A stretch of 64,000 bases of DNA from Polyangia bacterium (lineage in GTDB: Bacteria; Myxococcota_A; Polyangia; Palsa-1104), in assembly GCA_039923495.1 (NCBI GenBank), contig JBDTCO010000042.1, positions 7,925 through 71,924 on the forward strand, in the 5' to 3' direction. Made by a program: the position numbers and the translations under genes. Below the pieces are notes generated by a model. The model saw nothing but the letters and a program-made list of their open reading frames with translations. It made no database searches and was not told the origin of the DNA. Below, one piece after another: positions 27,352 to 34,083 of the stretch. Within the stretch, counting starts at the first letter, position 1. Every line of letters starts with the position of its first letter.

Positions 27352-27864
27352 TCACTTCTTCTTTGCCGAGAGGCGTTTCTCGATCGTCTTCTCGAGATCG
27401 GGAATCTCGAGCACGCCGACGATGACCTCGGCCACGTCGCCTTCCTCGTCGAGGAGGAGGGATGTCGGGAGCGCTTCGAGGTTGCCGAGCGTGGCGACCG
27501 TCTTGTTCGGTGTGGACGCGAGCACCGGGTAGCTCACCTGGTGCTTCGCGAGGAACTGCTGCACCAGTGCAGGGTTCTCGTCGATGTCGATGCCGATGAC
27601 CTCGAAGCCGCGAGCCTTGTACTTGTCGCGCAGCTTCGACAGCGCGGGCATCTCGCCGACGCACGGCGAGCACCACGTGGCCCACAGGTTCACGAGCGTG
27701 AGCTTGCTGCCCACGAGCGGTCCGAGCTTCGTGCGCTTGCCATCGAGCGTCGACAGGAAGAGCTCCTGCTTTCGCAGGTCGAGCTTCTTCGGAGCGGCCT
27801 TGGGCGCGGCGAACGACGTGCTCGCCAAAAGGAGGGACGTCGCGACGAGGAGAGAGCGCATCAC
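27352..27864 (-). CDS. Secreted TlpA-like thiol:disulfide oxidoreductase (thioredoxin fold)
   Basis: Signal peptide MMRSLLVATSLLLASTSFA. Active site WATWCSPCVGEMP. The start overlaps the stop of the upstream gene. Confidence 0.85.
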   Translation of the reverse strand: MMRSLLVATSLLLASTSFAAPKAAPKKLDLRKQELFLSTLDGKRTKLGPLVGSKLTLVNLWATWCSPCVGEMPALSKLRDKYKARGFEVIGIDIDENPALVQQFLAKHQVSYPVLASTPNKTVATLGNLEALPTSLLLDEEGDVAEVIVGVLEIPDLEKTIEKRLSAKKK

Positions 27865-28949
27865 GAATAAGGATAAGGCAAGTAGCGAGGCGGCAACAGG
27901 CCGAGATCTTCGACGAACGGCACGTGCTCGAGCGCGATCTTCCCGAAGTACAGGCGCGAGAGATCACCGCCGGTGAGCACGTACTCCTCGACGAGCACGC
28001 GGCCCCACAGGTAGGCGTGGTCCTTGATGTAGCCGCCCGGTGCCTCGGTGTGACACAGGCCACGCTTCACGCGTCTCGTCATGGTGAACGACTCGGGGTG
28101 CGAGAAGCCGAGGTCGCGCAGCTCGGCGTAGACGTCGCGAAACGAGCTCGTGAGCGCGGCCATCGCGGCGATGACGCGCGCGGCGAACACGCGCGTGCGC
28201 GCCGTGTCGATGTAGCCCATGCGCTCCTCGTTGATGACGGCGAGGCCCTCCTCCGTCATGAGGTAGCTGGGCACGGCACCGACGGCGAAGATACGATATG
28301 GCTGGCTGTAGCCGTTGGCGGCGCGTAGCACGTGCGTGTCGATCTCGTGCACGACGAGGCGCTTCATCTCCTCCATGCTCGCCTGCAGATCGGCGCGCAG
28401 GTTGATGAGGCGGTTCGTGGGATCGGTGTTGGTCGCAGACAGGTTCGGCCTCACCTCGACGCGCCAGTCCTCGAGGCCGTACTGGCGGAGGCGCGCGGTG
28501 ACGAGCTTCACCTGATCGGTCGCGCGGAAGGGCCGCTCGACAGGGCGTTGCGACTGCTGCGGCTGCTTGAGGATGCGGCGCGCGAGCTGGATGACGTGCT
28601 CGGGCGCGCGCGGGTATAGCTGCTGCGCCCAGTGCGACTCGTCGCCGATGTTGAGCCGCAGGCCGATGCGCTTGACGAGGTACTCGCGCGCCTGCGTGAA
28701 GAACATGCCGACGCCGTAGCCCGGTAGATCGAGCGACTGCAGCTTCTCGATGTGGGCCGCGAGCAGCGCCTCGTCCTGGTGCGGGTACTCGAAGATCGGG
28801 TTGTAGTTCGGATCGAGCGCGACCTTCGCCATCTCCGCGGCCGAGTTGATCGGATCGAGGTGGTGCAGCGGCAAGGCCTCGGACGCGGCGAGGCAGAGCA
28901 GGCGGTCGGCCTCCTCGAGAGGGAGTGGTGCGGTCGAAGCCATGCTCAA
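27861..28949 (-). CDS. DUF1704 / QEGLA-motif protein (MATCAP-like metallocarboxypeptidase fold)
   Basis: HEIDTH (HExxH), EEGLAV (the QEGLA-like motif) and YIKDHAYLWG. 4-nt overlaps at both ends. Confidence 0.65.
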   Translation of the reverse strand: MSMASTAPLPLEEADRLLCLAASEALPLHHLDPINSAAEMAKVALDPNYNPIFEYPHQDEALLAAHIEKLQSLDLPGYGVGMFFTQAREYLVKRIGLRLNIGDESHWAQQLYPRAPEHVIQLARRILKQPQQSQRPVERPFRATDQVKLVTARLRQYGLEDWRVEVRPNLSATNTDPTNRLINLRADLQASMEEMKRLVVHEIDTHVLRAANGYSQPYRIFAVGAVPSYLMTEEGLAVINEERMGYIDTARTRVFAARVIAAMAALTSSFRDVYAELRDLGFSHPESFTMTRRVKRGLCHTEAPGGYIKDHAYLWGRVLVEEYVLTGGDLSRLYFGKIALEHVPFVEDLGLLPPRYLPYPYS

Positions 28950-30175
28950 AAGTAGTCCGGTGGCTCTTCTGCCACTGAGTAGAGCGCCATCTCCGTCGAC
29001 ATGGGTAGCTCGGGCATGTCTCGACGGTGGAACGCGAGTCGCACCCCGGCCTCGCGCACCGAGATGCGCAGCGTGGTGGCGAGGCGCGCGAGGTCGCGCA
29101 CGGTGGAGCGGACGTTGGTGCCGATGTACTCGCGCGTGTCGTCAGCGGTGTCGAGGATGCCGCGGAAGAGCGCGTCGGCCGCGAGCACCGCGCCGGTGGT
29201 GGCCGCGAAGTTGGGGAGCACCGGCGTGCCGCTCGCGACGAGGACCTTCTCCGCGTGCGTGCTGACCGAGCGCGCCGCCGCCTCGACGACGATGCGGGCG
29301 CGCAGGCGCCCGACGTTGTCGATGGTCACGGCGTCGTTGGACGCGAGGACGAGCGCATCGACGGGCAGCGAGTAGAACTCGTCGAGCGTGATGAACATGT
29401 GCGACGGATCGAGCGACAGCGACACGCGCGCGCCGGTCTCGAGCACCGAGGGGTTGAGGCCGCCCGCCGAGTACACGCCGGCCGAGGCCGAGCCGACCGC
29501 CACGACGGTGGCCCCCATGAGCGCGAGCAGTCGCCCGATCTGCGTGCCGAACGGACCCGCGCCGAGGATCGCGACGGTCTGCTGGCGGTGAAACAGAAAC
29601 TCGCCCATCTCCATGGTCGCGTGCGCGACGGACAGCGCGACCTGCTGCTCGCGCAGCGTGAGGCCGTCGGCGTCGGGCTGATCGAGGACGCGGTTGTACA
29701 GCTCCCAGCGCTCCATGCTCCAGCCCTGGCTGCGACGCACGGCCTCCATGCGCCACGGGAGCTTGTTCGCCTCGACGATGCGCTCGAGCATCACGGCCGG
29801 CACGTTCAGGTCGGGCCCGAGCGAGAGCACGGAGCCGAGGAGCGGCTTGAGCGAGGTGAGGAAGCGGCCGAGGACCTCTTCGATCTCGGGCGCCTGCGGA
29901 TCGTAGTTGAGCCCGAGGCGCGCGCCGCCGATGGGCACGCGTGCGAGCTGGTAGCGAATGGTGCCGATGCGCGCGAGACCGGCGAGATCGGTCCACTGCT
30001 GGTTTCGACGCACGCGGATGCCGCCGAACGCGACGCCCTGCGCGAGCGTGTCGATGATCGCGTAGCCGGGCGCCGCGGTGACGGGATCTCGCCAGTTGAT
30101 GACGAGCTCCGGCTCGGGGCCTTGCGTCATGGGCCCCCGATCCGAAAGACGCCGATCTTCTGACACGCTAGACAT
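28946..30175 (-). CDS. Glu/Leu/Phe/Val-dehydrogenase-family protein with the active-site Lys replaced by Arg
   Basis: FGGIRV substrate loop. The family signature reads V-P-I-G-G-A-R-L-G-L-N-Y-D-P (29897-29938). Rossmann motif AILGAGPFGTQIG. Start is ATG 30175 (8-nt overlap) or ATG 30130. Confidence 0.7.
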   Translation of the reverse strand: MSSVSEDRRLSDRGPMTQGPEPELVINWRDPVTAAPGYAIIDTLAQGVAFGGIRVRRNQQWTDLAGLARIGTIRYQLARVPIGGARLGLNYDPQAPEIEEVLGRFLTSLKPLLGSVLSLGPDLNVPAVMLERIVEANKLPWRMEAVRRSQGWSMERWELYNRVLDQPDADGLTLREQQVALSVAHATMEMGEFLFHRQQTVAILGAGPFGTQIGRLLALMGATVVAVGSASAGVYSAGGLNPSVLETGARVSLSLDPSHMFITLDEFYSLPVDALVLASNDAVTIDNVGRLRARIVVEAAARSVSTHAEKVLVASGTPVLPNFAATTGAVLAADALFRGILDTADDTREYIGTNVRSTVRDLARLATTLRISVREAGVRLAFHRRDMPELPMSTEMALYSVAEEPPDYF

Positions 30176-31793
30176 CCTCGAAACGCAGAATATCACCGTT
30201 CGCCGAGGAACCTGAATTTCGGTTCAGCAACGCATCGATGAGCCCCTTGTGTCGCTCGCGGACCTGATCGCGGCGTACCTTCAGGCTCGGGGTCAGCTCG
30301 CCCGACGGGATGGAGAAGGGCTGCGGCGCGACGCCGATGGCCACGATGCGCTCGTGACGACCGAGCTCCTCGTTGAGCAGCCGGACGTGCAGCGTGAGGT
30401 GTGCCCGCAGCTCGTCCGGCGTCATGAGGGCGGTGCGAAGACGTGGATCGGAGATGGCGTCGAGCACCGCGACGACGTGTGCGTGACCCTCGCCGAACAC
30501 CGCCGCGTGACGCACGCCGGGCAGCGAGGCGAGTCGGGCCTCCAGCGAGGCGGGGTGCACCTTCTTGCCCGTCGACAGGACGAGCAGATCCTTGCGGCGC
30601 CCGGTGATGTGCAGGAAGCCGTCCTCGATGCGGCCGAGATCGCCGGTGCGCACCCCATCGTCGCCGACGAAGAGGTCGGAGGTAGCCTGCGGATCGTCGA
30701 GGTACCCGATGCAGCGGAAGCCCTTGCCGAACAGCAGGACCTCGCCGGTGTCGTCGACCTCGACGCGCGAGCCCGGCAAGGCCTTGCCGACCGCGCCCAT
30801 GACCGAATCGCCCGGTGCGTTGTAGCTGCTCGCCCCGCTGGTCTCGGTCATGCCGTACATCTCGTGCACGGGAATCCCGAGCTTGAAGAGCGCGCGGTGC
30901 GCCTCGATCGCGAGCGGCGCGCCCGTCGACAGCGCGAGCCGGACGCGCTCGAGGCCGAGCGTGGAGCGGACCTCGTGCGACTGCCCGTGCAGCGCAGCGG
31001 CTGCCGTCGCGAGCGTCTGCCACTCGGCGGGCACACCCATGAAGAACGTGGGCCGCACGGCCGCGACGGCCTCCGTGAGACGTCGACCGCGCGGGAAGAC
31101 CACGGAGTAGCCCGACGCCATCGGCAGCACGACGCTCATGAAGATCTCGGCGAGGTGCGCGAAGGACAGGTACGAAAGGTGTCGATCGGACGGCCGGTGC
31201 GCGCGCACCTCCGTCATGCGCCGCGCCGCGCGCAGCATGTTGCCGTGCGAGAGCAGCACGCCCTTCGGCACGCCCGTCGATCCGGACGTGAAGATCACGA
31301 ACGCGATGCGATCTGCGGGCGTGCGCACCGCACCGGGTGGATCGAGCGGCGCGGCCAAGGGTGGCGCGTCATCGATGATCGCGACGTGTGGATCTTGCGG
31401 ACGTGCAGGATTGACGGGCTCGACGAGCTTCGGCGCGAGCCAGTCGAGCAGATCGGGATCACCCATCGCGAGCGCGACGTGCGCGCGCGTGACCAGCGTG
31501 CGCAGCTGCACGGGCGGCGTCGACGGCTCGATCGACACCACGACACCTCCCGCGAGCAGCACGCCGTGCACGAGCGCCGGCACGCGCGCGCGCGTTCGAC
31601 ACACGACGAGCACCGCCTGACCGAGCCGCAGCCCGAGCGCGCGCAGGCGATTCGCGACCTGCTCTGCCTCGAGGTGAAGCTGGAGGTACGTGACGGGCGG
31701 ATCACCGCCGGTCTCGAGGGCGGAGGCCGTTGGCCGTAGCTGCGCCATCTCGGCGAGTGCTGCGCCGATCGTCGCGGGGTGCTCCCACATCAC
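30168..31793 (-). CDS. AMP-dependent synthetase/ligase (ANL superfamily, fatty-acyl-CoA-ligase-like)
   Basis: FTSGSTGVPKGV, YGMTET, GDLGRIEDGFLHITGRRKD and a C-terminal SLKVRR Lys. Confidence 0.85.
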   Translation of the reverse strand: MMWEHPATIGAALAEMAQLRPTASALETGGDPPVTYLQLHLEAEQVANRLRALGLRLGQAVLVVCRTRARVPALVHGVLLAGGVVVSIEPSTPPVQLRTLVTRAHVALAMGDPDLLDWLAPKLVEPVNPARPQDPHVAIIDDAPPLAAPLDPPGAVRTPADRIAFVIFTSGSTGVPKGVLLSHGNMLRAARRMTEVRAHRPSDRHLSYLSFAHLAEIFMSVVLPMASGYSVVFPRGRRLTEAVAAVRPTFFMGVPAEWQTLATAAAALHGQSHEVRSTLGLERVRLALSTGAPLAIEAHRALFKLGIPVHEMYGMTETSGASSYNAPGDSVMGAVGKALPGSRVEVDDTGEVLLFGKGFRCIGYLDDPQATSDLFVGDDGVRTGDLGRIEDGFLHITGRRKDLLVLSTGKKVHPASLEARLASLPGVRHAAVFGEGHAHVVAVLDAISDPRLRTALMTPDELRAHLTLHVRLLNEELGRHERIVAIGVAPQPFSIPSGELTPSLKVRRDQVRERHKGLIDALLNRNSGSSANGDILRFEDV

Positions 31794-32698
31794 GAGTGCG
31801 TGGCGCTCCGTGAGAAGACCGCGGCCTCGATGATGTTGGCGAGCTCGAAGCGACGCGCGTTGCGCAGCGTGAAGTGGTTCGAGTCGCGGATGCGCAGGAA
31901 GCGCGCGAGGCCACCCGGCACGACGCCGAGGAACGCGGCCACGTGCTCGTCGGGAACATCCTCGGCCTCGATGACGAGGGTGGGGACGGCCAGCTGCGCG
32001 AGCGCAAGGAGCGGCACGCGGTTCGGGAACCGCTCCGTCGGCACGCGGAAGACCGGCGGCGACTGCCTGGAGCCTTCGTCATCGGACGCGATGCAGGCGT
32101 CGATGTAGCTCTCCTGCAGCGCGGAGTCGGTGTGCGCGTGCGCCGCGTCGCCGAAGAGCTTCTGCCAGCGCTTGCGCTGGAACTCGGCGGTGTACGGGAT
32201 GTACGTGTTCTCGCGCTGTGCGCTCTCGCGCTCCGCGATCATGGTGTCGAGCAGCGGCCCGGACGTGGCGCCCGCCAGGTAGCAGAGCGATGACGGGTTG
32301 TTGAGGATCGCCAGGCTCACGTGCGGCACGTCGAGCGCCGCGGCGAGCACCTGGATCGCGCCACGCGACGAGCCGAACAGCGTGAGCGGCGCGGGCCAGC
32401 GGCGGCGCGCGTCCTCGGCCACGGCGCGGATGTCCTCGACGGAGTCGTCGAGCGTCTGCAGTGCCCCTGGTGCCGGCGCCGACGACATGCGTGCGTCACG
32501 CTGCGACTTGCCGAAGTTGCGGTGATCGAGCGCGACGGCACGCAGCCCGCGCGACGCGAGCTCCCGGAGGAACGAGTAGCCCGGCACGTCGAGGTCGTAC
32601 GTCGGCTCGAGCGGCGCCGCGATGCCGTGCACGAGCACGACGACGGGCGCATCGAGCGGCAGCCCCTCGCGCTCGGCCACGCGGCAGCGCAGCGTCAC
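31790..32698 (-). CDS. Alpha/beta-fold hydrolase
   Basis: VVVLVHG oxyanion region and nucleophile elbow FGSSRGA (GxSxG). Start uncertain: GTG 32698 is chosen, and the frame is open to about 32739. The stop overlaps the AMP-ligase start. Confidence 0.65.
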   Translation of the reverse strand: MTLRCRVAEREGLPLDAPVVVLVHGIAAPLEPTYDLDVPGYSFLRELASRGLRAVALDHRNFGKSQRDARMSSAPAPGALQTLDDSVEDIRAVAEDARRRWPAPLTLFGSSRGAIQVLAAALDVPHVSLAILNNPSSLCYLAGATSGPLLDTMIAERESAQRENTYIPYTAEFQRKRWQKLFGDAAHAHTDSALQESYIDACIASDDEGSRQSPPVFRVPTERFPNRVPLLALAQLAVPTLVIEAEDVPDEHVAAFLGVVPGGLARFLRIRDSNHFTLRNARRFELANIIEAAVFSRSATHS

Positions 32699-32742
32699 GC
32701 CGTCGCGCGTCGAGACCTCGTAGTCCGCTCTGGTGATGGCGC

Positions 32743-33549
32743 TCAGGTGCAGAGCTCGCGGAGACGCAGCCCCTCGCGCGTCCCCATGCGCATGATGACG
32801 GAGTCGGTGCGATAAAAGACGCCCTTGATGCCCTTGTCCCACAGGCGCGCCTTGGCGATCTCGGGCGTGAGCTCCCCGCCGAGCACGGGCACCGTCATGA
32901 CCGACTTGCCGTACTTGTCGGCCGCGGCGACGATCTTGTCGAGGGCGGCTGCGATCTCCGGGTTGCCGAAGCCCTTGTCGGGCGGCAGGTGGTACGAGTG
33001 CGACAGGTCGACGGGCCCGATGTCGTACATCTCGATGCCCGGCACCGACATGATCTCGTCGATGTTGTCGACGGCTTCCTTGTCCTCGATGATCGGGATG
33101 ATCATCGCCTGATCGTTGGTCCACTCGATGAGGTCGTTCATCTTGCCCTGCGCGTACTTGTTCGCGCGGCTGACCGTGCACAGGCCACGCGTCCCGCGGG
33201 GATGGAAGTACGCGGCGTCGGTCGCGCGCTTGAGGTCCTCGGCGTTGACGACGTGCGGCACCTTGATGATGGGCGCGCCAGTGTTCATCGCGTCCGAGAT
33301 GATGACCGGATCGTTGTCCTTGAGCTTGATGATCGGGACGATGCCGGTGCACTCGGCGGCGCGGACCATGCTCTCGACGGTCTCGGGGTTGATGCTGAGC
33401 ACCTCGGTGTCGACGATGACGAAGTCGAAGCCGGCGTGACCGATGATCTCGACCATGACGGGCGTCATCGTCGAGCACGTCATGCCGAGCACGAGCTGCT
33501 TCTTCTGGACCTTCTCGCGGAATGCTTTGAATCGAGCTACGTCAGCCAT
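32743..33549 (-). CDS. HpcH/HpaI-family aldolase (class II pyruvate aldolase / citrate-lyase-beta-like fold)
   Basis: GFDFVIVDTE, IIPIIEDKEAVDNIDEI and GPVDLS are typical of the family. Confidence 0.78.
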   Translation of the reverse strand: MADVARFKAFREKVQKKQLVLGMTCSTMTPVMVEIIGHAGFDFVIVDTEVLSINPETVESMVRAAECTGIVPIIKLKDNDPVIISDAMNTGAPIIKVPHVVNAEDLKRATDAAYFHPRGTRGLCTVSRANKYAQGKMNDLIEWTNDQAMIIPIIEDKEAVDNIDEIMSVPGIEMYDIGPVDLSHSYHLPPDKGFGNPEIAAALDKIVAAADKYGKSVMTVPVLGGELTPEIAKARLWDKGIKGVFYRTDSVIMRMGTREGLRLRELCT

Positions 33550-33552
33550 GTC

Positions 33553-34083
33553 TCAACCTTTTTTCGTGGAGAACCAATTGTCGATGCCGTCGCACGCGAC
33601 GCGTGCCATGGCGCGACGCTCGTCGTCGAGCACACCGGCGAGCGGGTGCGCGATGAGGACGGTGCGAACGTCGGTCATGCCATAGGCGGTCGCCTCGTTC
33701 CGGGCCAGGGTCTCGAACGGCTCGGTGACGACGACGATCGCCGGCTTGCCCCGGCGCTCGAGAGAGATCGAGTCGTGGATACACCACGACGTGCAGGAGC
33801 CTCAATCACCGGAGGCGATGATCGTCACATCGACCTCCCGCGAGAGGGTATCGAGCGCCATGACGGACGCGGGTGTCGGCGGTGACTTCGTCTGCCGCAC
33901 GACCTTCTTGAACTTGCCGTGACGACGCTCGAGCTCCCGGACGATGTCCTCGAGCAAGAGCGTCGCGTTGGGCTTCTGGTTGTCGAGGATGCCGAGCGTC
34001 ACGCCCGACAGCGAACGCGGCAGTGGGTTCTGCTTCTGCTGCTTGACCTCGGGATGACGGACGGTGGGGATTCGAACGCGCAT
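33553..34083 (-). CDS. Selenoprotein candidate, 176 aa, U-G-S-C motif (TGA 33802-33804 read as selenocysteine)
   Basis: The frame of ORF 33802..34083 continues without stops for 82 codons past the TGA. My hand translation is ...IIASGD-U-GSCTSWCIHDSISLERRGKPAIVVVTEPFETLARNEATAYGMTDVRTVLIAHPLAGVLDDERRAMARVACDGIDNWFSTKKG*. A hairpin lies 11 nt downstream of the TGA. The stop is 3 nt before the next ATG, and the start overlaps the upstream stop (TAATG). Confidence 0.75.
33772..33790 (-). promoter_or_regulatory. SECIS-like stem-loop downstream of the in-frame UGA
   Basis: The mRNA reads UGA-GGCUCCUGCAC-GUCGUGG-UGUAU-CCACGAC. This is a perfect 7-bp stem with a 5-nt loop containing GU, and the loop starts 19 nt after the UGA. 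Confidence 0.55.

Noticed and set aside
32743-33549. The aldolase gene looks less GC-rich than its neighbours, which might suggest horizontal transfer.
   Set aside because: On inspection, third codon positions are still almost all G/C. The lower GC comes from amino-acid composition (many Lys/Ile/Asp/Met/Asn), not from foreign codon usage.
33542-33805. 87-aa ORF that the track offers for the stretch downstream of the TGA at 33802.
   Set aside because: Arg/His/Pro-rich nonsense (MRLLHVVVYPRLDLSRAPGQAGDRRRHRAV...). The frame continuing through the TGA gives a far more protein-like sequence and fits the operon spacing, so I prefer the selenocysteine read-through.
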